Positions 1 through 7,252 of a stretch of DNA of 14,291 nucleotides are shown piece by piece. The notes under the pieces are model-generated. The model had not been told where the DNA came from. It did no database searches and saw only the letters and a list, made by a program, of their open reading frames with translations. Both the position numbers and the translations under genes were made by a program. Source of the stretch: Armatimonadota bacterium (GTDB lineage: Bacteria > Armatimonadota > UBA5829 > DTLH01); NCBI GenBank assembly GCA_039680575.1, contig JBDKSP010000109.1, positions 1 to 14,291 of the forward strand, in the 5' to 3' direction. Position 1 is the stretch's first letter, and each line of letters begins with the position of its first letter.

Positions 1-2
1 GA

Positions 3-47
3 CAGGGACTTGTAAGCTTGCTCTATACACATCAGAGCTTCGCTTGA
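3..47 (+). CDS. C-terminal tip of the group II intron reverse transcriptase/maturase (partial)
   Basis: The frame from base 3 reads QGLVSLLYTHQSFA*. A GLxSL ending just before domain V is typical of class C IEPs, which lack an endonuclease domain. Only 14 residues are visible. Confidence 0.8.
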   Translation, partial: QGLVSLLYTHQSFA

Positions 48-56
48 TTCTCGTGA

Positions 57-126
57 ACCGCCGTATGCTGAACGGCACGTACGGTGGTGTGAGAGGTGAG
101 GTCGGTGACGGCCTCACCTACTCGAT
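57..126 (+). ncRNA. Group II intron ribozyme domains V and VI
   Basis: DV: ACCGCCGTA (57-65) pairs with TACGGTGGT (80-88); upper stem TGCT/GGCA, GAAC loop, CG bulge (78-79), CGC triad (59-61), 32 nt long. These are IIC hallmarks. DVI: GAG/CTC, AGGTGAGG/CCTCACCT, GTGA tetraloop, bulged A120 as the seventh base from the end. Confidence 0.95.
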
Positions 127-143
127 CTAAAAGTTTATTATGG

Positions 144-854
144 CTATTGATTCGATGTCGTAGTAATTGTTTTCGCAGGGTTATACATCGTCGAATACGG
201 GTTATCGTAAACGATAGCGTAGTATGGCAGCTTTTGGATTCTGTCTGCTGAAGTACCCTGAACGACATGCATATCGAGCATCAGGAAGTTGACGCACTTG
301 ACTGTATTATCCGTGCCGGACTCGACTTTTCTGCCCCTGTGGAACCCCGTGGAAAGATCGCAAAGCAGTAGATCTCTACTTGGTCTCGCCCATTGCTCCG
401 GTCTTCGCGGAGTATAAACAGAAGTGGATCCCCAGAGGACATCCGTGTTCCCGTAACTGGCTAGATAAGCGCCGAAGGGATAATAATAGCTGGAAAAAGA
501 CCCGTAAAGCCGCCACTTCGGAGATTCCTGTCCATAACCACGGTCTCCCGGACAAATCCAGATCCTATTGGGGTTGCCTTTAGCGTCTGTTTTGCTTTCT
601 TTGCAGTATTTAAACAACGGGTCAGGGCAAAGCTGCCACTCATTCGTGCATGGGCCGGGGATAGCAAAACCGTAGTTATCATCGAGGTACATAGAAAAGG
701 CGCTGCCAAGCTGTCTGAGGTTGGAACTACAAGTCCGCATTCGGACCGTATCCTGAGCTTGGCGGATGACAGGAAAAAGCATACCCGCAAGCACAGCTAT
801 AATAGCTATGACAACGAGCAACTCTGCAAGTGTAAACCCTCTTGCACCTTTCAC
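144..854 (-). CDS. Prepilin-type N-terminal cleavage/methylation domain protein (DUF1559-like)
   Basis: [28 protein letters not shown] class III signal; CSSNLRQLGSAFSMYLDDN; WICPGD; C-terminal NFLMLDMHV, a variant of NxxxxDGHV. GTG start after AGGGAAGGGA. Confidence 0.9.
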   Translation of the reverse strand: MKGARGFTLAELLVVIAIIAVLAGMLFPVIRQAQDTVRMRTCSSNLRQLGSAFSMYLDDNYGFAIPGPCTNEWQLCPDPLFKYCKESKTDAKGNPNRIWICPGDRGYGQESPKWRLYGSFSSYYYPFGAYLASYGNTDVLWGSTSVYTPRRPEQWARPSRDLLLCDLSTGFHRGRKVESGTDNTVKCVNFLMLDMHVVQGTSADRIQKLPYYAIVYDNPYSTMYNPAKTITTTSNQ

Positions 855-1079
855 TGCATTCCCTTCCCTGCGTCCGTTCTTAAGCCGGATCTTTATTGAC
901 CTTCCCGGTTTTCCGGTTGGCCAGCCTAATTCTGAATGAGTTTACCCACCCACAAGTAAAACCACACAAGTTAACCGGTTGAATTGCAGTTAACATACAA
1001 TTGAAATATAGCACGACTGCTAGAAGATGTCAATACATCCGGGTCTGGTAATAAAAAAAGATGCAATTATTCATTTGTA

Positions 1080-1237
1080 CCTATTGAGTTTCAGGCAATT
1101 ATGTTACAAGATCGCATATTGCAGAGAAGTCTTTGTTCGAGAACAAAACCTCGAATTCAAGATCATCGTCCGAAACTCTGTAGGTATTATCGGCATATTC
1201 CAGTAATATTACCAGGTATTGACTGAAACTCAATAGG
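1080..1237. repeat. 158-bp segment bounded by 20-bp inverted repeats (repeat-family cluster 1)
   Basis: CCTATTGAGTTTCAGGCAAT (1080-1099) matches the reverse complement of 1218-1237 (CCTATTGAGTTTCAGTCAAT) at 19/20. A third motif copy lies on the minus strand at 1169-1183 (CTACAGAGTTTCGGA). No target-site duplication seen. Confidence 0.8.
1187..1211 (-). promoter_or_regulatory. Putative sigma28-like promoter TAAT-N13-GCCGATAA
   Basis: GCCGATAA is the FliA/SigD -10 consensus. The same TAAT-N13 spacing recurs at 9871-9895 and 13932-13956. Points toward the pilin-like gene starting at 854. Confidence 0.55.
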
Positions 1238-1250
1238 CGAGGCGGGGGTT

Positions 1251-1859
1251 TTACGGACGAACCGATGCAGCCATGTCAAGAAAATAGCGATGGATCCTTG
1301 TATCATCCGTCAGTTCGGGGTGAAACGCTGCCGCAAGGCAGTTTCCTTCATGCATAAAGACGAGGCGTTCGTCATCCACCTTAGCCAGCACTTTCACACC
1401 ACTGCCGGCACTGATGGCGAACGGCGCACGAATGAATATCGCGTGGAAAGGTTCTTTATCGACTGCCGGAATATCAAGATCAGTCTCAAAGCTATCGACC
1501 TGGCGGCCGAATGCGTTTCGCCGGACAGTGATGTCCATAAGCCCGAGCCTGGGCTGTTCGCTTCCCTCGATGTTGCGTGCGAGCAGGATCATGCCCGTGC
1601 ATGTCCCGAAGACGCACATACCTTCAGAAACACGTTTGATTATTGCCTTGTCGACGCCGAACCTTGTCATCAGTTTCCCGACAGTCGTGCTTTCGCCTCC
1701 GGGGATAATCAAACCATCCAGCTTGTTTATCTCTTCAGGCGTTCTGACGGAAGCGGCGTGAACACCAAGGCGCTCCAGGGATTCGATATGCTTGGCAAAA
1801 TCACCCTGGAGCGCCAGGACTCCGACTTTCAACTTTTTATAGATGTTATTACCAGCCAC
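1251..1859 (-). CDS. pdxT: Pyridoxal 5'-phosphate synthase glutaminase subunit PdxT
   Basis: GVLALQG, PGGESTT, GTCTG (catalytic Cys), RNAFGRQ, FIRAP, FHPEL (His/Glu). Lies directly downstream of pdxS. Start uncertain: GTG 1859 overlapping the pdxS end, or TTG 1832. The 2036 start in the ORF track is too far upstream. Confidence 0.95.
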   Translation of the reverse strand: MAGNNIYKKLKVGVLALQGDFAKHIESLERLGVHAASVRTPEEINKLDGLIIPGGESTTVGKLMTRFGVDKAIIKRVSEGMCVFGTCTGMILLARNIEGSEQPRLGLMDITVRRNAFGRQVDSFETDLDIPAVDKEPFHAIFIRAPFAISAGSGVKVLAKVDDERLVFMHEGNCLAAAFHPELTDDTRIHRYFLDMAASVRP

Positions 1860-2739
1860 GAGTCGACATAAGGTCCTTTTCATCGAGTTGCCGGATATCG
1901 AGCCCAGGCATTGCGCTGCCCAGACCCTTTGAGAGTTCTGCGAGCACTTCAGGCTTGTCATAATTCGTCGTAGCGTCGACGATGGCCTTTGCTCTTGGCG
2001 CTGGGTCTTCAGATTTGAAGATACCTGAGCCGACAAATACGGCTTCAGCGCCGAGTTGCATCATAAGCGCTGCGTCAGCAGGTGTGGCAATGCCTCCCGC
2101 TGAGAAATTCGGGACAGGAAGCCGTCCGGTGTTGTGTATCTCTACTACGAGGTCGTACGGCGCGCCAAGGTTCTTTGCGGTGGTCATGAGTTCTTCCTCG
2201 GACATTCCCTGAATCCGGCGGATTTCGCTCATAACGGAGCGCATGTGCCTGACAGCCTCGACGATATTGCCGGAACCCGCTTCTCCCTTGGTCCGCATCA
2301 TCGCCGCGCCTTCGCCGATCCTTCTCAGTGCTTCACCGAGGTCTCTGCAGCCGCAGACGAACGGCACGTTAAACTTATGCTTGTCGATATGATACATCTC
2401 GTCTGCCGGGGTGAGCACTTCGGACTCATCTATATAGTCCACGCCGAGCGCTTCAAGTATCTGAGCTTCGACAAAATGCCCGATCCTTGCTTTTGCCATA
2501 ACAGGTATGCTTACCGCGGACATAATCTCTATAATCTTGGTCGGGTCCGCCATTCGGGCTACACCGCCGTCTTTACGGATGTCCGATGGTACTCGTTCAA
2601 GTGCCATTACAGCGACTGCGCCGGCATCTTCGGCTATTTTTGCCTGCTCCGCTGTGGTGACGTCCATTATGACGCCGCCTTTGAGCATCTCAGCAAGCCC
2701 GACTTTCGTTTTCCATGTTGACTTTTCTACTTCAGACAT
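1849..2739 (-). CDS. pdxS: Pyridoxal 5'-phosphate synthase lyase subunit PdxS
   Basis: [72 protein letters not shown] and the RGW C-terminus. Confidence 0.98.
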   Translation of the reverse strand: MSEVEKSTWKTKVGLAEMLKGGVIMDVTTAEQAKIAEDAGAVAVMALERVPSDIRKDGGVARMADPTKIIEIMSAVSIPVMAKARIGHFVEAQILEALGVDYIDESEVLTPADEMYHIDKHKFNVPFVCGCRDLGEALRRIGEGAAMMRTKGEAGSGNIVEAVRHMRSVMSEIRRIQGMSEEELMTTAKNLGAPYDLVVEIHNTGRLPVPNFSAGGIATPADAALMMQLGAEAVFVGSGIFKSEDPAPRAKAIVDATTNYDKPEVLAELSKGLGSAMPGLDIRQLDEKDLMSTRGW

Positions 2740-2805
2740 TTTTAAACCACACCTTTACGAGTTTCCAGTTACAACTACGCATGATAACAGATTACCTACT
2801 GCTAA

Positions 2806-2865
2806 AGCTAGAGTTTTGGCTGAAATGATTGCTTACTTGTTGCATCAACCGTCAAAACTCCGTAG
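2806..2865. repeat. Inward-facing motif pair (repeat-family cluster 2)
   Basis: AGCTAGAGTTTTGGC (+, 2806-2820) and CTACGGAGTTTTGAC (-, 2851-2865), upstream of pdxS. Confidence 0.55.
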
Positions 2866-2909
2866 AGAGAGCATGCGGGGCGAACATAGAGAGGTGTATT
2901 CGAATAATT

Positions 2910-2938
2910 GGGGCGCGTTTTTGCCAAAACAGCGCCCC
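2910..2938 (-). terminator. GC-rich hairpin, possible terminator for the DUF305 gene
   Basis: GGGGCGC-GTTTT-tgcc-AAAAC-a-GCGCCCC. The minus-strand tail (AATTATT) is only a weak U-tract. Confidence 0.45.
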
Positions 2939-2950
2939 CTGGCCGCATAA

Positions 2951-3113
2951 CCTATGGATTTTCGGTACTTTAGAAACTTATCTATAGATTTTTGGCACTT
3001 CAGAAACTTATCTATAGATTTTTGGCTGTAAGTGTAAAATCAACAGATACAACAGCATCTGGAACTGGTTATATAACTGTAAGGCTGTTACTCTATCTTC
3101 TGAAACTCTATAA
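2951..3113. repeat. 2.5 copies of a 30-bp tandem repeat plus a distal inverted motif (repeat-family cluster 3)
   Basis: CCTATGGATTTTCGGTACTTTAGAAACTTA (2951-2980), TCTATAGATTTTTGGCACTTCAGAAACTTA (2981-3010), TCTATAGATTTTTGGC (3011-3026). Inverted copy TTATAGAGTTTCAGA on the minus strand at 3099-3113. Confidence 0.85.
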
Positions 3114-3118
3114 TAAAA

Positions 3119-4045
3119 TCAGTTTCCTGCGGCATCGACTCCGTACCATGAAGCGAGCCAGTTTTGCAACTGGGTGATCTCCTGGGATTGCTCCGTTATT
3201 ATTTTTAATGCTACATCCTTCACTCCAGGGTGCATAGCCTTCTGTTCCGCATCGCTTGCCATCTGCACTGCCTCGGAGTGGTGAATAATCATATCCTGCA
3301 TGTACCGGATTTCGAAGCTGCGGCCGTTCAATTTCCTTAATTGCGCCGTCATTTGAGCATCCATCGGAGTCTGCTGTCTTACAGCGGAAGCCTGATACCA
3401 GTTCTTCAACCAGGAGGCAAATTGCTGCTGTTCACGCTTCTGATCGTTTATTACTTTTTCTGCAAATTGGCGCAGTTCGGGGTGCGTCGCTTTGGTAAGC
3501 GCCAGTTGCGACATCTCTATCGCGCCCTGATGGTGTCGGATCATGTTCTGAAGGAATCTCTGCTCGAATTGGGATGGCTGCATCTGGCGCATCTGCTCCA
3601 TAGTCTGTTCCATCTCCGGTCTCATCGTCGATGGTCCCCGGCCGGTTATTCCCGCTTCCGGCGTTCCCTTCATTCCTTTCATTTCTTTCATCCCGCCCAT
3701 CTTCGTCATACTTTCCGGCATGGGGAGGGTGGTAACAGCGAGTACTTTAAGAGTGGTTTTATTCAGTTTGAATATCCGGTTGCCCTGCACGACATATACG
3801 GCGTTGTCATCGACCGCTATTGCCGGGTGCATCATCGACCCCATCATACTCATCATGCTCATCATATCGGACATTCCGACTTCATGGCCTGCGCCTATCT
3901 GTCCCGATGGAATCTGTGTCTGAGCGGGTGGGGGTGGGGCGACAATTCCTGTCTGTGGAGGGTATTGCTGCCCGTATTGGGCATAGATCGCACCGCCTGA
4001 TACCAGTACCATTAGAAATGCTGCGATAATCGTGATTGCCTTCAT
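3119..4045 (-). CDS. Secreted DUF305 (CopM-like, ferritin-like fold) protein with Met-rich tracts
   Basis: Signal peptide MKAITIIAAFLMVLVSGGAIYA; two DUF305 half-motifs, FLQNMIRHHQGAIEMS and YMQDMIIHHSEAVQMA, each followed by I..Q..E...W; Met tracts; AGGAG RBS. Confidence 0.88.
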   Translation of the reverse strand: MKAITIIAAFLMVLVSGGAIYAQYGQQYPPQTGIVAPPPPAQTQIPSGQIGAGHEVGMSDMMSMMSMMGSMMHPAIAVDDNAVYVVQGNRIFKLNKTTLKVLAVTTLPMPESMTKMGGMKEMKGMKGTPEAGITGRGPSTMRPEMEQTMEQMRQMQPSQFEQRFLQNMIRHHQGAIEMSQLALTKATHPELRQFAEKVINDQKREQQQFASWLKNWYQASAVRQQTPMDAQMTAQLRKLNGRSFEIRYMQDMIIHHSEAVQMASDAEQKAMHPGVKDVALKIITEQSQEITQLQNWLASWYGVDAAGN

Positions 4046-4234
4046 ACCTTTGTTCTCCTGTATGTTGCCCGGGATCGCGGGCCGAGGTTTCTTTTGGTAT
4101 TTTACTTACCCTGAAGGCAGGGTTTTGTACCGTAAATCCTCTCTTTCACCCTTGTCTTCCTGCAGCCTCAGGCTTTATGATATATCCGAAACAGATTTCA
4201 CGTGGGACAATGCTTTTGTAGAGGACAAGAAAGA

Positions 4235-5194
4235 ATGAACGAAAGGTTCTGGAACTTATTTAGCGATGATTATAGAAATAACTGCCTGTCTTGGGTCCGT
4301 CATCCGGAAAACCCCATAATCCCTCCAGGTGCGAAGATATGGAAGAAAAGGTGGACAGCCAATCCGCATTTTCTGAAGCTCGGCGGAAAGCTGCTTCTTT
4401 ACTACCGCGGGAACGGCGAACTGTCGGATCGCCCAGGGGAGCTTCACGACAGGATCGTTGCTGCGGAAGTCCTGGAGATAGGTCCCGGTAGGTTGGAAAT
4501 ACGGGATCTTTTCGAGCGCTCAGTCGCTGTAGACTGCGGCAAACCCGGCGAGTTCGATGCGAAAGAGGCGCTCGATCCTGCCGTTACGGTATATAACGGG
4601 CAGGTTCAGCTTTATTATTCTGCAATTGGCGAAGACTGTCCGGACAGTATAGGCGCTGCTGTAAGTGACGACGGGATCAATTTTACCAAGCTTGGCCAGG
4701 TGATGGTCGGGCGTGCTCCTGATGTGATTGCGCGAGACGGGAAGATCTATATGATCTATCAAATAGCAGGTGCGGACGGCAAATACCTGCCGTATCTTGC
4801 GGCCTCTACTGACGGGATGAGTTTCAAGACGGAAGAGAGGCCTGTAACTGGTCTTATGCAGAAAGGCGGTTGGTCCAGCCTATCCATAGCTACCATGCGA
4901 ATCTACGACGCCGGAGAATATGTATATATGATGTATGCCGGCAGCTCATATCTTGCGGATGAGCCGGATTATTTCGGCCTGGCAAGATCAAAAGACATGA
5001 TAAGCTGGGAACAGCATCCCGGAAACCCGATTTTTGGATGTAACATGAAAGGGTCCCCTGACGGCGGAGCGATATGGGGTCCTGCGCTGATCGAGACGGA
5101 TGATGCCTTCGTGCTGCTTTACGAGGGCAGCCCTGGAAAATACGATTGGGACCTCGATTCGCAGTTGTGCATGGCGTGGATCAAAAAGCCTTAG
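4235..5194 (+). CDS. Five-bladed beta-propeller glycoside hydrolase-like protein (GH32/43/130-like fold)
   Basis: Repeated blade motifs WVRHPENPII / WEQHPGNPIF, ALDPAV, IGAAVSDDGINF, LAASTDGMSF, GLARSKDMISW, MMYAG. ATG 4235 follows GAGGA. No signal peptide. Family not assignable by eye. Confidence 0.75.
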   Translation: MNERFWNLFSDDYRNNCLSWVRHPENPIIPPGAKIWKKRWTANPHFLKLGGKLLLYYRGNGELSDRPGELHDRIVAAEVLEIGPGRLEIRDLFERSVAVDCGKPGEFDAKEALDPAVTVYNGQVQLYYSAIGEDCPDSIGAAVSDDGINFTKLGQVMVGRAPDVIARDGKIYMIYQIAGADGKYLPYLAASTDGMSFKTEERPVTGLMQKGGWSSLSIATMRIYDAGEYVYMMYAGSSYLADEPDYFGLARSKDMISWEQHPGNPIFGCNMKGSPDGGAIWGPALIETDDAFVLLYEGSPGKYDWDLDSQLCMAWIKKP

Positions 5195-5223
5195 CGTCAG
5201 TTTTCAGGTTTTCAGGTGATTAG

Positions 5224-5252
5224 TTGCGCAGTTGAAGGACAAGCCCTATAAT
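5224..5252 (+). promoter_or_regulatory. Putative sigma70 promoter TTGCGC-N17-TATAAT
   Basis: TTGCGC at 5224-5229, 17-bp spacer, perfect TATAAT at 5247-5252; about 200 bp upstream of the prsA-like gene. Confidence 0.6.
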
Positions 5253-5268
5253 TGTTGAAATATTTCCT

Positions 5269-5390
5269 TTGTAACTTTCCTATAGATTTTTGGCTGATTA
5301 GTTAACAACCAATCGTATATTGGCTGTTGCTGAAACTCTTTAGTGGTTCAACCGTAGTAAAAATAGCAGATTCTATCGGAAAGGTAACAA
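5269..5390. repeat. Nested inverted-repeat element containing the 64-bp unit (repeat-family cluster 4)
   Basis: The inner unit 5280-5343 has ends CTATAGATTTTTGGC (+) and CTAAAGAGTTTCAGC (-). The outer imperfect IR is TTGTAACTTTCCTATAGATT versus TTGTTACCTTTCCGATAGAAT (minus strand, ending 5390). 5273-5296 matches 3005-3028 at 22/24. Confidence 0.8.
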
Positions 5391-5454
5391 CATCAAAAGC
5401 AAAGCTGCCGCTTTGGTGCAGCAGGTTATGCTATAACTCGAGAGGAGCAAATTA

Positions 5455-6399
5455 TTGTTAAGAAGGTATGTATCAGTCTTCGTAATACTGGCAGTGGCAG
5501 CCGCAGTGGTCCTTTCCGGCTGTGGGCGCAGCGGAGGGGGATCATCCTCACTCGCAGAGATCAACGGTAATAAGATTACCAGTGACGAGCTGGTCAAATT
5601 TATGAGCAACAATCCCATGAGCAAAGACCAGGTATCATCCTCGTTGTCGCAGATGCTCGATGAAGAACTCATACTCAGTCTGGCAGCGGAGAAAAAGGTT
5701 ACTCCGACCGACGAACAGGTAAACGCGAGATTGGCTCCGATAAAGAAGGTCGAGGATCTGGACGAGTACCTAAAAGAATCGGGTCTGACACTCGATGAAT
5801 ACAAGCACCGTCTTATGATCGAGCAGGCAAAGATTAACCTGGCTGAAACGACCTTGAAGAACAAGATCAAGGACGAGGATATCAAGAAGGAATACGATCA
5901 GAAGAAAAATACCGCATTTTCCATCCCTGAACGGGTCAAGGCGGATATAGTTATTTTCCAGAGTAAGGCTGCTGCTGACAGTGCCGTCAAAAAAATAGCG
6001 TCCGGCACCACCATTCAGAAAGTCGCTGCCGAGGATGGTCTTAAGGTAGAGCATCAGGCGATTCCCAAAGAAGGAACAGGCCTTCCGGAGGAAATAACCA
6101 CAGCGCTCTTCGGAACACAGAAGGGCAAGCCGACTAAACCAATATCTATCGGCGGTATGGGCAGTTCGGAGCAGTGGTTGGTAATGGTCCCTGGCGACAA
6201 TGTACCGGCTGTCAAAATTACGTTTGAGGAAGCAAAACCTCTTATCCATGGGCAGCTTGTAATGAAGGACGCGACGGACTATAACAAGATGCTTGAGAAG
6301 GCCCGTAAGGATGCCAAGCTGACCATATCCGAGCCTGCGCTGAAGGATGTCGAGAGGACATTCAGGAAGATTTCGGCCAGTGGCGAGGCTATGCCATAG
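5455..6399 (+). CDS. PrsA/SurA-like lipoprotein foldase with degenerate parvulin domain
   Basis: Lipobox VVLSG|C; LAEINGNKITSDEL, LILSLAAEKKVTPTDEQV and DEDIKKEYD SurA/PrsA N-domain patterns; PERVKA and ITFEEAKPLI flank a parvulin-sized insert. TTG start 7 nt after GAGGAG. Confidence 0.8.
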   Translation: MLRRYVSVFVILAVAAAVVLSGCGRSGGGSSSLAEINGNKITSDELVKFMSNNPMSKDQVSSSLSQMLDEELILSLAAEKKVTPTDEQVNARLAPIKKVEDLDEYLKESGLTLDEYKHRLMIEQAKINLAETTLKNKIKDEDIKKEYDQKKNTAFSIPERVKADIVIFQSKAAADSAVKKIASGTTIQKVAAEDGLKVEHQAIPKEGTGLPEEITTALFGTQKGKPTKPISIGGMGSSEQWLVMVPGDNVPAVKITFEEAKPLIHGQLVMKDATDYNKMLEKARKDAKLTISEPALKDVERTFRKISASGEAMP

Positions 6400-6406
6400 A
6401 GATAGT

Positions 6407-7252
6407 ATGATGATACTTGCTGATGCCATATTTCTTCGAGCGATAGTCGAGTCGACTCTCGAAGAGGACATTGGTTCCGGGGATATTACTACGATACTTA
6501 CCGTACCGGAGCAGGCTATGTCTCGCGCGGTCATCTCTGCGCGAGAGGATGGCATTGTTGCAGGTATGGATGTGGCGTCGATGGTGTTCACCGCCGTCGA
6601 TCCCATCTTGAGGTTCGAAAGAAAGGCCGCCGATGGTGACAGGGTCACGGGCGGCCAGCCGCTTGCTGTAATAGAGGGCCGCAGCAGGTCACTTCTATCG
6701 GGAGAGCGGGTTGCACTGAACTTCCTGCAGCGGCTCTCCGGTATCGCCACCAGGACAGCCGGGTTTGTCGAGCTTGTTCGAGGCACTCGTGCGAGCGTGG
6801 TCGATACCAGAAAGACAACCCCTGGCCTGAGAGTGCTGGAGAAGTACGCAGTCCGAGTGGGAGGCGGGAGAAACCACCGGTTCGGGCTCTCTGACGGTAT
6901 TTTAATCAAGGACAATCACATCGTGGCTGCGGGCGGCATCACAAACGCCGTGGAATCGGCCAGAATGAATGCGCCGCACACGCTTAAGATCGAAGTAGAG
7001 GTCCGAAACCTCGACGAACTCAGGGAAGCAATCGCTGCCGGTGCCGATATTATCATGCTGGACAATATGGACGTCGAGACGATGCGCCGGGCAGTGGAGA
7101 TTACCTCCGGGAGAGCCGTTCTCGAAGCCTCCGGCGGTGTGAATGAGGACACTATCGCTGAAATTGCAGCGACCGGTGTCGATATTATATCCGTCGGTGC
7201 GCTGACTCATTCGGTCAAGGCTCTCGATATAGGGATGGACTTCGAAAAATGA
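6407..7252 (+). CDS. nadC: Nicotinate-nucleotide pyrophosphorylase (quinolinate phosphoribosyltransferase)
   Basis: LEEDIGSGDITT, ERVALNFLQRLSGIAT, DTRKTTPGLR, EKYAVRVGGG, NHRFGLSD, LIKDNH, IEVEV, IMLDN, EASGG, SVGALTHS. Start ATG 6407 or 6410, after the upstream stop at 6399. Confidence 0.97.
   Translation: MMILADAIFLRAIVESTLEEDIGSGDITTILTVPEQAMSRAVISAREDGIVAGMDVASMVFTAVDPILRFERKAADGDRVTGGQPLAVIEGRSRSLLSGERVALNFLQRLSGIATRTAGFVELVRGTRASVVDTRKTTPGLRVLEKYAVRVGGGRNHRFGLSDGILIKDNHIVAAGGITNAVESARMNAPHTLKIEVEVRNLDELREAIAAGADIIMLDNMDVETMRRAVEITSGRAVLEASGGVNEDTIAEIAATGVDIISVGALTHSVKALDIGMDFEK

Larger units (their letters stand above)
1..126 (+). mobile_element. 3' end of a class IIC group II intron (5' part outside the window)
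   Basis: An ORF tail ending TGA at 45-47 is followed by domain V (57-88), domain VI (91-123) and the terminus CCTACTCGAT at 126, the canonical order for ORF-bearing group II introns. Confidence 0.95.

Noticed and set aside
127..139. CTAAAAGTTT at the intron 3' junction as a copy of the 15-bp motif
   Set aside because: Needs a gap and lacks the 3' half; compatible with chance in AT-rich DNA.
32..268. 78-aa minus-strand ORF
   Set aside because: Antisense to intron domains V/VI and overlapping the pilin-like gene out of frame.
860..960. Possible c-di-GMP-I riboswitch upstream of the pilin-like gene (minus strand GGTAAAC...GGAAAACC...)
   Set aside because: The conserved GNRA stem and GCAAA receptor arrangement could not be built.
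941..1002. CACAAGT direct repeats (951, 965) and GTTAAC/AACCGGTT palindromes
   Set aside because: Too short, with no recurrence elsewhere in the window.
1132..1147. GTTC-GA-GAAC as an SOS box
   Set aside because: Half-sites are in the opposite order and spacing to GAAC-N4-GTTC.
1860..2036. N-terminal extension of PdxT in the ORF track
   Set aside because: Overlaps pdxS in another frame; PdxT homology begins only at [10 protein letters not shown].
2951..3026. 30-bp repeats as a CRISPR array
   Set aside because: Units abut with no unique spacers, there are only 2.5 copies, and no cas genes are in view.
5770..6915. 381-aa minus-strand ORF and other long antisense ORFs (e.g. 1290-1871, 2134-2721, 3341-4000, 8009-8719)
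   Set aside because: Shadow frames of well-supported genes, with no recognisable motifs.
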